Source of the DNA: a virus
Lineage: Duplodnaviria > Caudoviricetes
DNA length: 52,438 nucleotides
Virus record (IMG/VR): IMGVR_UViG_3300023179_000147
Coordinates: 1 to 52,438 of that record
Reading direction: 5' to 3' (one strand)
Below, one piece after another: positions 1-9,749 of the stretch (positions within the stretch are counted from its first letter, which is position 1; each line of letters starts with the position of its first letter). The position numbers and the translations under genes are program-made. The notes below the pieces were generated by a model. It searched no databases and was not told the DNA's origin. It was given only the letters and a program-made list of their open reading frames with translations.

Positions 1-67
1 AGTCTTCCTTCAGGACACTCCTGACCTCCGCCTCAATGAGCTTGCGGAGGTCACTCTTAGCGGCCAC
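1..67 (-). CDS. Partial hypothetical protein (runs off the window edge) with N-terminal LRKLIEAE helix
   Basis: Not in the ORF track. GTG at 67 overlaps the end of 57..530 and reads MAAKSDLRKLIEAEVRSVLKED to the edge; the motif matches other small ORFs in the window. Confidence 0.6.
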   Translation of the reverse strand, partial: MAAKSDLRKLIEAEVRSVLKED

Positions 68-530
68 GTGGACCGCCGGGAGGAAGCTCTGATTCCATAC
101 CTGCTAGCTTGGCATGTGAGGTGAGCAGTGCAGCCTGAGACGCGTAGTTTCTCATCGCGGCGAGCACATCACTGACAAATTCCTGTTGGATCTCTTGGAG
201 ACCGTCAGGATCGAAGTCTTCGAGGTCATCCATCAGGGTTTTAGCAGTGGTCTTATCGGCACCGTACATGGGTAGGAGCTGCGCAAGTTCTTTGTACAGC
301 ATCTTGTCGAACGTCTCGAGGAACTTGAGTGCCTCGTCCGTGGTGCCCTCAGCGATTACTGCTTCGACCTCTTTCTCAAAGCCGTCAGGGTTCTTGTTCT
401 CGGTGAGGCGCTCGTTGCGCATCGAGTTCGACAACATCTTTTGACGGAGACGTGAAGCCTCACGGAGGAGCTCTTGGTCAGAATTGAGAATGCCTGCGAT
501 GCTGTTGGTCTGTCGTCTTGAAAGCGTCAT
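57..530 (-). CDS. Hypothetical acidic helical protein, possibly head-associated
   Basis: 157-aa ORF with GAGG SD and an ATATTTA motif at 545-551 upstream. Confidence 0.7.
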   Translation of the reverse strand: MTLSRRQTNSIAGILNSDQELLREASRLRQKMLSNSMRNERLTENKNPDGFEKEVEAVIAEGTTDEALKFLETFDKMLYKELAQLLPMYGADKTTAKTLMDDLEDFDPDGLQEIQQEFVSDVLAAMRNYASQAALLTSHAKLAGMESELPPGGPRGR

Positions 531-543
531 GTTAGCCTCTACG

Positions 544-1569
544 CTAAATATTGCACTGAGAGAGAAAGTTCTCCAGTTCCATTCTTTTCATCTGAATATC
601 ATCAGACTCCCAAATGATAAACACGCGGTAACCTGCTGCTTCAATGTTCTTGCGTCTTGCCTCGTCTGAGGCGCGCTTCTCAAATGCTGTATATGACTGT
701 CCTGGCATTTTTATAATAAAATCGGGGTCGTATTTCATAGGATTAGCATGTGGATAGTCGCCGTAGACTTCTAGAACTATCTTCTTTTCTTCGTTTAGCT
801 CATCAGCAAAGTATTTGAGAACACGTTGTTCTGATACAAACCCAAGCGCATCAAGGTTCATTTCATTACGAATTCTTTGATGAAGTTTGCTCAATCGATT
901 CTTACAGCTACGAAATAATCTTTCTCTAAAATTCAGATCTTTATTTCTTTCTTTTATCCAAGAAGATCTACGACTTCTTTCTTCGTGAGAATATTCGATG
1001 TTTGTCATACGCAAGCGATAGGTTTCGTCATTTTTCCATCTATCTTTCGAAGCCTTACTAATCAAAGATTTCGAAGTGTATGTGTGACGTCTGCCTGTTC
1101 TTCCTCGTGTCTTTGCTGATATTGCTGTCTTAACACTAAGAAGCTTGGATACGTTATCTACACCATATCGTGACGATATAGTTTCCTTTATTTTCTTCTG
1201 CGTTTTATCGAGTGAAAATCCTGCGTTCTTGCCTGAACATTTTGGAGAACAGAATTTTTTAGGTATTCCACGTTGAAAACTAACTTCCATGCCACATTCA
1301 GCACATAAAGGAATACCGAATTTCTCTTTGTGACGTCTTTCTCTTTCATCATAATGGTGATGATTGAGAGCATAAGATAGAAATTTTCCCCTATTGAATG
1401 TGGGTCTTTCATCACATAACCCACAAGCACATCTAGGCTCTATCCCGTGAAATTGAAACTGCACGACATAATCCTCAAACGACATGTCGTGCAGTTTCTT
1501 TATGTGATTTGTTAGCTGACCGCCTCTGTTATTGACAACTTCAAATCCGCATACTTGACATATTCCCAC
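544..1569 (-). CDS. Free-standing homing endonuclease-like protein (Zn-finger repeats + Vsr/DUF559-like nuclease)
   Basis: N-terminal CxxC..H..H, CACGLC and CAEC..FCSPKC metal-binding motifs, a basic linker, and C-terminal EQ..ADE..VLEVYGDYPH..DEARRK..GYRVFIIWE typical of Vsr/DUF559. Visibly more AT-rich than its neighbours; directly downstream of the RNR. Confidence 0.75.
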   Translation of the reverse strand: MGICQVCGFEVVNNRGGQLTNHIKKLHDMSFEDYVVQFQFHGIEPRCACGLCDERPTFNRGKFLSYALNHHHYDERERRHKEKFGIPLCAECGMEVSFQRGIPKKFCSPKCSGKNAGFSLDKTQKKIKETISSRYGVDNVSKLLSVKTAISAKTRGRTGRRHTYTSKSLISKASKDRWKNDETYRLRMTNIEYSHEERSRRSSWIKERNKDLNFRERLFRSCKNRLSKLHQRIRNEMNLDALGFVSEQRVLKYFADELNEEKKIVLEVYGDYPHANPMKYDPDFIIKMPGQSYTAFEKRASDEARRKNIEAAGYRVFIIWESDDIQMKRMELENFLSQCNI

Positions 1570-1603
1570 GTCAAATAAGTATATGGGTTGTTCAAGATGT
1601 AAG

Positions 1604-4600
1604 TTATGAACAGCGCGAATTACCGCAATTTTTGCAGGTAAGACAACCCTCCTGATAGACGAGGCCGTCTTCTACTCCACAGGAAGCGCAAGTCTTATCT
1701 GACGCTGACTTAGTGCCATCGGGGATGTAGCTCTTCAACACTCGAGCCAGAGCCCTTGAGAAGCTGTACATATCACTATTCTTGTCCTTCTGCAACTGCT
1801 CACAGACATAGCTGACAGGAACTCCATGTCGCAGGGCAAGTGAAATCGTACGGGTCACTGCACCGTGATTGGGATTGTCGAATAGCTCGACCACATTCTT
1901 GAAGAGTAAGTGATCGTCATCTCCCACTGGGATTGAAAGATTGTATGTTGCGACTCCGTCCTTCTTGCCGTTCTTGAGAAGTGTGCCGGCCTTCGACTTC
2001 TTGGGCACCTCGACGTGTTGTGATAGTCCGCAGAAGACCTCATAAGGCTGCCCGTCCATCTTACCCACCAGGACGAGGTACGACTCTGAGCCATCGTGTC
2101 CACGCACGTTTATTCTATGAATATCACAAGGTAGTTCCTTTGGTCTCTTTGGCGCATGATTTTCTGTGATGGTCTTGGGTTGACCGTCAACTTTCGGCTC
2201 CTCTTTCTTGGGTGTATCGGCTACAAGGACTCCGCTTCGACAGCCGTCACGATAAACTGTGACGCCCTTGCAACCTGTCTCCCACCCCCTCATGTAGATG
2301 TCCTTAACAACATCGACGGTAGTAGAATTTGGAATGTTAGTCGTATTGCTGATTGAGTGGCAGATCCACTTTTGTGCCGCCGCCTGAAGATCGACCTTCT
2401 TGACCCAATCGATCTCATTCGCTGTGCCACCCGCATAGGGAGATTCATTGGCTTGTGCCTCGGTCTTGTGGTTAACATCCATCCACTTCTTGAAGGCGTG
2501 GTGGTAAACCATATATTCCTGCCACTTGTCACCGAGCTGGTCGACGAAGTCGACACGGACGCTTGGGTCATCACCGTTAACCTTCTTGCGCCTCTTGTAG
2601 AAGAGCATGAACGCAGGTTCGATGCCTGAGGTGGTTTGGGTGAGGACTGAGACCGAACCTGCAGGTGCCGTTGTGGTGAGTGCAATGTTGCGGCGACCAT
2701 ACTTGGTGTAAGCAGCAGCTAGATCCTCATCCTGAGACGTGACCTGCTGGATGAATGGATGGTCCTGTTCAGCTTTGAGATCGAAGACGGGAAATGCTCC
2801 ACGTTCCGCAGCCATCTGGACTGATGATTTATATGCGTTGACTGCCAAGGTGCGGTAGACTGTCTCCGTCATTTGAATGGATTTATCAGAACCATAGACG
2901 AAGTTCATGGCAGCCAAAGTGTCACCGAGAGCTGTGATGCCGAGGCCGGTGCGGCGGCCGTTGATTGCAGCCGTCTTGATCTTGCCCCATAGTTCGAGTT
3001 CTCCTCGCTTCACGTCATCGGGTTCAGGATCATTTTGAATCTTGGAGATAATCTTGTCGACAGCTTCCAACTCCAGATCGATGAGGTCATCCATTAGTCT
3101 CTGCGCCTTCTGCACCGCCTCGTTGTAACCCTTTTGGTCGAAGGATGCAGCAGACGTGAACGGATTATTGACGAAATTGTAGACATTGACGAGTAGGAGG
3201 CGGCAGCTGTCATACGGACTCAGGACGATTTCTCCGCAATTTTCGCTAAGTACTTGTATTTGTTCATTATTGTCTTCTTTCCATCCACCGAAGAAGAAAT
3301 TGTGAACATCATCGACTGTTCCGTTATACACGTCTTCGTGTCCATCGAGCTCAACAGATATGACGCGGTGATTGTGAAGCGAAGCCTCAGACTTCAGCTT
3401 CTTCCACGATGAGAAACCATTTTTTGTTCCTAACCTTGCAGAAACGTTGTTTGTCTTACACAGCTCTTCCCACTCACTGCGTAGTGGGTCTCTTCCGAGA
3501 TCAAATCGCAGCTTCGTATAGACATTCAGCTGATCAATTCTTTTCTTCGTACCTCTTTCTTCGTGCAGCTTCTGCAGTGTTGCTGCTCGAACAGAGTTTT
3601 TACCTGCCTTGCGATTCGCATAATAGTTTGAGCATGAATGACCGCAGAAAGAAATCTCTCTCCTGTCATACGCGAGCCAGAAGTTATTTTCACACCACTC
3701 ACACTTCTTCTCAATTTGCAACTCTTTATCCAAGATTCTCCACGTGTATCCTGACTCTTGAGCTTCGAGAGCTCGTGAAGCTGTTCGTGGATCTGCAGAT
3801 GTCAGCTCGCTTGCAATACCAAGATCATCAGAAATCTCAGCTGTGACCTGCGAGAATTTCTTGCCGCCGAGTCTAAAAGAGTTCAAAAGCCTAGGCAATG
3901 AATTTTGTGCAGCATAGTTCTCCCAGTCACCGCCGCTTGGACGACGACCCAGAGAAGAAGCGAGAGCTTTAATGTGATTCATCAGTTCTTCATTGCTAAC
4001 ATCGTATGCTCTTGGATTATTTTCCCCCGAGACGGATTGCGACATCTTTGCGGAGTATGCGGATAACCTCGCAGGATCTGCTTTGATCTTAAAGATGGGG
4101 TTTTTCTCGCCTCTCATCATAGAAGCATGTAGTTCCTGATGGGCTTTAAATTCCATACACTTCAAATTTTGAAGACGATTATCTTTTGAGTTAAAGTTAA
4201 CATGGTGGATGACATGCCCAGAAGGCACAGCGCCATTATGAAACTCCCAAATCAGCCTGTGCTCGGAGCGAGAGCCTGTGCTGTTTTCGATCGTCACATA
4301 GTGATTTGGATTATTAGTTCTGATAGTTGGGCTTATTTCTACGAGGGTACGCTCAGTGCGCTTTGAGATCATCAACTGATCTCCTGGTTGTAGATCCTGC
4401 ACTGTCTTCCGTGTTCCGTCACGAAGTATCATCGTGTGGTTGCCGGTCGCCTTGAAAGTGTGGCCTCCTTCGATCGTGACTTTGTAGATGGGCATCTTCT
4501 CGCCAGTGCGACGCGGGTTCCTCATGGTCTTTACAACGATCCTACCCGTGTCATTGTCGTGAGCATAGACTGGCACGTCCAAGCCAGCAGCAGCTAGGTC

Positions 4601-5530
4601 GCCGATAGAAACGTAGCCGCGGCCGTCGGCAACAGCAATCTGCGTATCATACGCAAGACACGGATTCGTCGAGACTGACTTAAACGCCTCATAGCATTCC
4701 GTCGGAGTGCGCTTCTTGACGGTATCCCAGAAGAGAAGTCCGGGCTCAGCAGATGCCCATGCCGCCTCAATGATCTCATGCCACAGCTGTTTTGCGTCGA
4801 CCCAATCCTCCACAGTGTGCTTCGCATCCTTTTGAACTGGGAAGCGCAAGTGAACCTTGCCGCCGTCCTTCACTGCCTGCATGAATTCGTCCGACAGCTT
4901 GATAGAGATGTTAGCGCCGGTGACCTTCTTGAGGTCACGCTTGATGTTAACAAAGGTGCGGATCTCGGGGTGGTGAACATCAATGGTCAGCATCAATGCA
5001 CCCCTTCTTCCACCCTGTGCCACCTCGCGGCAGGTGTTGGAGAACCTCTCCATGAAGACACCGATGCCGTCGGTGGTACGTGCTGCATTGGCCGTATAGA
5101 GGCCCTTGGGCCGGATGGTGGAGATGTCGAAGCCGACACCGCCGCGGCGCTTCATGATCTGTGCCTGTTCCTGGTCCGCCTTGAGAATCCCAGCATAAGA
5201 GTCATAGGGTGACTGGATGACGAAGCAGTTGGAGAGGGATTGGTACTGGTAGGGGTTACCGATTGCAGACATCGGAGAACCTTGCGGGACGATGCTCCAG
5301 TCGTTGAGATAACCAAAGATCTCATCTTCCGACATCGGATTGGGATATTTTGCCTCAATACGGGCAAACTCCTTGGCAAGGCGCCTGTGCATGTCTGCCG
5401 GAGTCATCTCTAGCAAATTGCCCTGTAGGTCCTTGAGTGCGTACTTGTCGACAAAGACTGAAGCGGCAAGCTCGTCTCCGCCGAAGTACTCTAGTGATGC
5501 TGCGTATGACTCTTCTCTTGTGTGTGTCAT
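1604..5530 (-). CDS. nrdJ: Class II (adenosylcobalamin-dependent) ribonucleotide reductase, intein-containing
   Basis: SLSNCFV, RGGVGFDIS, QGGRRGALM, EPGLLFWD, TNP|CGE, RRTGLG, APAGSVS..TSGIEP, CKGVTVYRDGCR, plus a C-terminal domain ending in a Zn ribbon (CASC..EGCLTCKNCG). Confidence 0.95.
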   Translation of the reverse strand: MTHTREESYAASLEYFGGDELAASVFVDKYALKDLQGNLLEMTPADMHRRLAKEFARIEAKYPNPMSEDEIFGYLNDWSIVPQGSPMSAIGNPYQYQSLSNCFVIQSPYDSYAGILKADQEQAQIMKRRGGVGFDISTIRPKGLYTANAARTTDGIGVFMERFSNTCREVAQGGRRGALMLTIDVHHPEIRTFVNIKRDLKKVTGANISIKLSDEFMQAVKDGGKVHLRFPVQKDAKHTVEDWVDAKQLWHEIIEAAWASAEPGLLFWDTVKKRTPTECYEAFKSVSTNPCLAYDTQIAVADGRGYVSIGDLAAAGLDVPVYAHDNDTGRIVVKTMRNPRRTGEKMPIYKVTIEGGHTFKATGNHTMILRDGTRKTVQDLQPGDQLMISKRTERTLVEISPTIRTNNPNHYVTIENSTGSRSEHRLIWEFHNGAVPSGHVIHHVNFNSKDNRLQNLKCMEFKAHQELHASMMRGEKNPIFKIKADPARLSAYSAKMSQSVSGENNPRAYDVSNEELMNHIKALASSLGRRPSGGDWENYAAQNSLPRLLNSFRLGGKKFSQVTAEISDDLGIASELTSADPRTASRALEAQESGYTWRILDKELQIEKKCEWCENNFWLAYDRREISFCGHSCSNYYANRKAGKNSVRAATLQKLHEERGTKKRIDQLNVYTKLRFDLGRDPLRSEWEELCKTNNVSARLGTKNGFSSWKKLKSEASLHNHRVISVELDGHEDVYNGTVDDVHNFFFGGWKEDNNEQIQVLSENCGEIVLSPYDSCRLLLVNVYNFVNNPFTSAASFDQKGYNEAVQKAQRLMDDLIDLELEAVDKIISKIQNDPEPDDVKRGELELWGKIKTAAINGRRTGLGITALGDTLAAMNFVYGSDKSIQMTETVYRTLAVNAYKSSVQMAAERGAFPVFDLKAEQDHPFIQQVTSQDEDLAAAYTKYGRRNIALTTTAPAGSVSVLTQTTSGIEPAFMLFYKRRKKVNGDDPSVRVDFVDQLGDKWQEYMVYHHAFKKWMDVNHKTEAQANESPYAGGTANEIDWVKKVDLQAAAQKWICHSISNTTNIPNSTTVDVVKDIYMRGWETGCKGVTVYRDGCRSGVLVADTPKKEEPKVDGQPKTITENHAPKRPKELPCDIHRINVRGHDGSESYLVLVGKMDGQPYEVFCGLSQHVEVPKKSKAGTLLKNGKKDGVATYNLSIPVGDDDHLLFKNVVELFDNPNHGAVTRTISLALRHGVPVSYVCEQLQKDKNSDMYSFSRALARVLKSYIPDGTKSASDKTCASCGVEDGLVYQEGCLTCKNCGNSRCS
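3239..4660 (-). mobile_element. Intein (474 aa, residues 291-764) with HNH homing endonuclease, inserted at the RNR active-site NP|CGE
   Basis: Begins CLAYDTQI after TNP; block B ATGNH; block F VYNGTVDDVHNF; ends VLSEN|CGE. Internal HNH EHRLIWE..IHHVNFNSKDNRLQNL..H. Confidence 0.92.
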
Positions 5531-5552
5531 TCAGTAGACTCCGGTTTGCTAA

Positions 5553-6992
5553 CTATACAACGTCGGCGTGACGTTCAGATTTCCCGTTGGGCTTTGTATT
5601 AAACTCTTGCTTTAATTCCCGCCACTTTGCCCGAAGCGCCTGTCTCTGTGCCTCATCTTCAGTGACAGCTGTTGATCCGACATCAGGCACATCATTCTCT
5701 CCCACAATCTCAAACTTGCTTCGGGCGGTGTTCATCTTGAGGGGGAACACGAGACCGTCTCGACCGGCTCGGTTCTTCGCAATGTAGAGACGACCCCAGC
5801 CGCTTGCTTTCTCGTGGGGTCGACGAGACACCGACACGATGAGGTCACAGATCATCGCCTTACCGTAGGCCTCGGACATGTTGGTCATGTCGATGACCTC
5901 AGCATTGGCACCCTCCTTGTTGGACTGCGACGCCGTCCAGATCGGAACGCCGAGCTCCATTGCGAGACCTCGAAGTTCCTCGTACACCAGCTTGAGTTCA
6001 TGACGAAGAGAGTCAAACTGCCTCGTCGACCTCATGATGTCGGCATAGTCGATGATGATGATGTCTGGCTTGAATCCCTTTAGGTCGAGACGTTCAATGT
6101 GGGACTTGATGGTGTATATAGAGGCCGTATTTGTCGGATATTCTTTGATGAACAACCGACCAAGTCGATTGTCATCGTAGAACTTCTTGACCTCCTCCTT
6201 ACGGTCCATCACCTCGTTGGAATCGATGTCGCACAGGTTGGAGTCGTAACGGATGCCGACCGCTGTCTCCGACAACTCGAAGGTATAGTGGAGGACGTTC
6301 TTACCTTCGCGGAGGGCGTTGGCACCGATCATGGTGAGCCAATGCGATTTTCCTGAACCGCTAGCGCCAACGACGCAGAGGAGCTCGCCCTTACCGCTGC
6401 CGCCGTTGAGGATCTCCTTCTTATCGAGCTCTGGGATTCGAGTTGGAATTGTGTCGCGCTTAAGAAGAGTAAAGCGCGCATCCATCTCGTTGAAGAAGTC
6501 GTGGCCGACCGAAGGAGCAGTTCCAACCTGGACCGCCTTCTTGATGGTCTCCACGATGGACTCATACTTGTTAGCTTGCATCTGATCGACTGCAGATTCG
6601 AGTGCCTTCTTGAGAGCCTGCTTTCGACAGAATTCAAGCGACTTCTCCTTGACGTATTCTAGATCTCCTGGATCTGGGTTTGCCTTCATGCGTTGAAGAT
6701 AGTCAACGATCTGATCCCGAAGAATGATATCGGTCCCAGTCTTCAGCTCGTCACGGATGATAGTGACGAGGAGCTGGAGTGTGGGAAACACCTTGTATTT
6801 CTTAGAATACGCAAAGTATCGGTCCGCAAGAAACTTCAGATAGTTCACCTCGAAGTATGAGATGTCAATGACTTCCATCATCTGCTCGGCATACTTGTGA
6901 TCAACCAAGAGTGCTTGTCCAAGCTTCTCCTGAAAAGACTTGCCAAACTGGCTAAAGGATACCCCTGTCTTCTGTTCAATCTCTTGAGTCAT
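5553..6992 (-). CDS. dnaB: Replicative DnaB-family helicase (T4 gp41-like)
   Basis: Walker A GASGSGKS, HYTFELSE, FIKEYPT, IIIDYADIM, PIWTASQSN, AKNRAG. Confidence 0.93.
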   Translation of the reverse strand: MTQEIEQKTGVSFSQFGKSFQEKLGQALLVDHKYAEQMMEVIDISYFEVNYLKFLADRYFAYSKKYKVFPTLQLLVTIIRDELKTGTDIILRDQIVDYLQRMKANPDPGDLEYVKEKSLEFCRKQALKKALESAVDQMQANKYESIVETIKKAVQVGTAPSVGHDFFNEMDARFTLLKRDTIPTRIPELDKKEILNGGSGKGELLCVVGASGSGKSHWLTMIGANALREGKNVLHYTFELSETAVGIRYDSNLCDIDSNEVMDRKEEVKKFYDDNRLGRLFIKEYPTNTASIYTIKSHIERLDLKGFKPDIIIIDYADIMRSTRQFDSLRHELKLVYEELRGLAMELGVPIWTASQSNKEGANAEVIDMTNMSEAYGKAMICDLIVSVSRRPHEKASGWGRLYIAKNRAGRDGLVFPLKMNTARSKFEIVGENDVPDVGSTAVTEDEAQRQALRAKWRELKQEFNTKPNGKSERHADVV

Positions 6993-7966
6993 TTTTGCTC
7001 CGAAGGCTTACGTGAACCTTCAATACTTGATAGATCGTAGAAGAATCCCTCGATATCAAAGTCGGGGATCCCCTCCTTCACTAACTGTCTAATCAACCCC
7101 ATCCTATTGACTGCGGGGGCGAATGTATCTACTGCATAATCGATACGTTTTGCTTGGTCAGGCGAGAGCATGCTGCCGTCGAGGTGAATCAGCTGCCAAT
7201 TTCTGCGGACCAGCTCTGCGTCCTCGTACACCCTCTTGTACGCTGCGGCATCAGAGGCATGACTCGCGGCGTAATCGATCACTTCCTGTAGGATGACCGT
7301 TGAATCACCCCCCAGCATGGGGAACCTCTTCGCGACGGTCTTATAACCCAGCCCCTTGACACCAGGGATATTGTCTGAATCATCGCCGCAGAGACATTTG
7401 GCAATTGCAAAATTATGCGACTTGACCCTAAACTCCTCAAACAGATCTTCGTCAGTAACAAACTTCTTTCTATAGAGAGAATAGATCCTCACCCCAGCTC
7501 CGAGGAGTTGGTACATGTCCTTGTCCGCAGAGACGATGATCTTGTCCCCCTCATTGCGCAGCGGACCCTTGCAGAGATGGGCGATGATGTCATCGCCTTC
7601 GCAGTCTGACACATATACCTGACACACGGGAACGTTTTTCAGCATTGACAACAGGGTGACGAGCTGATGGTGCTTGTTCTCTTCAGTGTCAGGTATATCG
7701 TCTTCATAGAACCGATTCAGGCGCCCGGGACGACGGTGCATCTTGTATTCAGGATAGATCTTGCGTCTGCGTTGTGAACCTCCACCCTCCCATGCGATAT
7801 AGACTCGATAGGGCTGGAACTCACGACACAGACGCTGCAGAGACTTCAAGAACCCGATGCAACCTCCCATCTGGTATCCATGGGAACTGACGGTCGGGAA
7901 CGCTGAGTATGCACGAAGATACGCATTCATGCCGTCAATTATGAAGACAGGACGATCCTGCTGCAT
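6989..7966 (-). CDS. rnh: 5'-3' exonuclease / T4-type RNase H
   Basis: IIDGMN, EGDDII, IVSADKDMYQL and the H3TH motif GDDSDNIPGVKGLG. Confidence 0.92.
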   Translation of the reverse strand: MQQDRPVFIIDGMNAYLRAYSAFPTVSSHGYQMGGCIGFLKSLQRLCREFQPYRVYIAWEGGGSQRRRKIYPEYKMHRRPGRLNRFYEDDIPDTEENKHHQLVTLLSMLKNVPVCQVYVSDCEGDDIIAHLCKGPLRNEGDKIIVSADKDMYQLLGAGVRIYSLYRKKFVTDEDLFEEFRVKSHNFAIAKCLCGDDSDNIPGVKGLGYKTVAKRFPMLGGDSTVILQEVIDYAASHASDAAAYKRVYEDAELVRRNWQLIHLDGSMLSPDQAKRIDYAVDTFAPAVNRMGLIRQLVKEGIPDFDIEGFFYDLSSIEGSRKPSEQK

Positions 7967-8008
7967 ATCTCTAATCTACCCCCAAGTGATAGGGCAGTAC
8001 AAAGTTGA

Positions 8009-9013
8009 TCAAAGGATCTGGGCCGCGATGAGGCAGCCACGGGCCACTGCGTGCAGGGGATCAGCGGCATGCCGGACCTCCTTGACGGGAAGTGGGAATC
8101 CGTTCGATTCGAGCTTTGCCTTGAATACCTCAACGAAACCCTTGGGCTTTGAAGTACCGCCTGCAACGACGACGGGCAGTGGGTCCTTGAACTTGGGAAG
8201 CGCCTTATGGCCCTCAAGTGCGGATGCAAGCTGCTTCGTCGTGTAATCAATGAGACGGTCGTAGTATGAAGCAACTGCGGAGAGAACCTGATTATCGTTG
8301 GGCTGCCCCACAGTAAAATCGCCCTGCTCCTTCTCGGCCTGGACGATTGAATCGGTCTCGCCTGTAGCAACTGCTGACATACGGTCAACCCAATCACCGC
8401 TCTTGGTGGTGGAGAACTTGAGTACAGGCTCACCATTCAACATGACACAGACGTTCACCATGCCTGCTCCCCACGATAGGGCAACACCGGTGTAATCATC
8501 GTCAGCAAGCTCTGAATAGCACAGGGCCTCAGCTTCATTGATTGCCCTTGCCTCATAACCGCACTCTTGCAGGACCTTCTTCACTACGTCCTCGTGATAA
8601 CCGACGTCGAAGTCCTCGTCCTCCTGATCGACGGGCTGCGCTGGGACACAGAAGACGAGCTTCTCGTTCTCAGATGAAGATTGACCCACGACTTCCTTTA
8701 GGATGTAGGCAAGTACTCGTCTTGCGTCTTTCTCCTTCGAAGAGACAACACCCCGATACATGGGACGCTTTGCAGAGTCATTCCTCTCTACAGCCTTCTC
8801 AATCGCGTCCTTGCCCAGGATGATGTAGGAGCCGTCTTCGTCCTTGACGAAAGTCTTACCAGCTAAACCCTTTTCAATCATCTTTGAAGCAATCGGCGTC
8901 GAGGGCTTAATGACGTAGAAGGCATCACGAAAGTCCTTGTACTCTACCTTGTTGCCCTTGCCCTCCGATGAGAGGACGATGAACGATGTACCGACGTCTA
9001 GACCCTTTGCCAT
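8009..9013 (-). CDS. Actin-fold ATPase (MreB/MamK/ParM-like)
   Basis: Phosphate-1 GLDVGTS, connect-1 AINEAEA, phosphate-2 SWGAGMVN, adenosine VVAGGTS, connect-2 DPLHAVARG; 334 aa, no Hsp70 substrate domain. Confidence 0.85.
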   Translation of the reverse strand: MAKGLDVGTSFIVLSSEGKGNKVEYKDFRDAFYVIKPSTPIASKMIEKGLAGKTFVKDEDGSYIILGKDAIEKAVERNDSAKRPMYRGVVSSKEKDARRVLAYILKEVVGQSSSENEKLVFCVPAQPVDQEDEDFDVGYHEDVVKKVLQECGYEARAINEAEALCYSELADDDYTGVALSWGAGMVNVCVMLNGEPVLKFSTTKSGDWVDRMSAVATGETDSIVQAEKEQGDFTVGQPNDNQVLSAVASYYDRLIDYTTKQLASALEGHKALPKFKDPLPVVVAGGTSKPKGFVEVFKAKLESNGFPLPVKEVRHAADPLHAVARGCLIAAQIL

Positions 9014-9015
9014 TT

Positions 9016-9315
9016 CTAACCTTTCGCTTTCTTGAGCTGTGCCAACTTATTGGTTGCAGATGAAATATCATCTTTTGTCTGTGTGACTGTTCCTAGAGAG
9101 GCGCCTCCTGACTTGAGACTAGTAGTGGAAACATCAGTCACAAACTTTGATTCATCGATGTCGACTGCGCGGCGGGTGAACGACTTCTTTTGCTCACGAT
9201 TGACACCGGCGACGAAAGAATCAGACTCTTTCTTTTTGAGCATTGAGACGATCGTATCGATCCTACCAAGAGCATATCCAATTGCAAACACGAATCCCAA
9301 CGTAAAAGACATCAT
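9016..9315 (-). CDS. Small protein with N-terminal hydrophobic (membrane-anchor) segment
   Basis: N-terminus MMSFTLGFVFAIGYALG, polar tail ending NKLAQLKKAKG; overlaps the dut stop and ends 2 nt before the actin-like start. Confidence 0.7.
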   Translation of the reverse strand: MMSFTLGFVFAIGYALGRIDTIVSMLKKKESDSFVAGVNREQKKSFTRRAVDIDESKFVTDVSTTSLKSGGASLGTVTQTKDDISSATNKLAQLKKAKG

Positions 9316-9749
9316 CTTACACCCGTGCTACCAAATCCGCCAGCTCCCCGTGCAGTGACGCTAAGCTCAGAGACCTGACTGAAGCGACCCTGAAAACACG
9401 GCAAAAATATCAACTGGGCAATCCTATCGCCCTTTTTGATGGAATATTCCTCCTTCCCGAGATTGATCAGAAGGACTTTTACTTCACCTCGGTAGTCACT
9501 ATCAACGATGCCGGGTGAGTTGAGAACCGTGACACCATATCTTGCAGCAAGACCGCTGCGTGGACACACTTGCCCATAGAAGTTAGTGGGAATCTCAAGA
9601 TAGACACCAGTTGAGACTGCCCTCCACTCACCAGGTCGAATACTGAGATCTTCGTCTGATTGCAGATCACACCCGGCTGAATCTGCGGTTTGATATGTGG
9701 GCTTGTAGTTACCCTTGTAGCTAATCCACGGAGTTGCATTGTTACTCAT
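9312..9749 (-). CDS. dut: dUTPase (trimeric)
   Basis: Motifs AGCDL, PRSGLA, GIVDSDYRGEV, GDRIAQL, RGAGGFGSTG. Confidence 0.97.
   Translation of the reverse strand: MSNNATPWISYKGNYKPTYQTADSAGCDLQSDEDLSIRPGEWRAVSTGVYLEIPTNFYGQVCPRSGLAARYGVTVLNSPGIVDSDYRGEVKVLLINLGKEEYSIKKGDRIAQLIFLPCFQGRFSQVSELSVTARGAGGFGSTGVR

Noticed and set aside
3239-4660. RNR insertion as a group I intron
   Set aside because: It is in frame without stops and has intein terminal residues and blocks.
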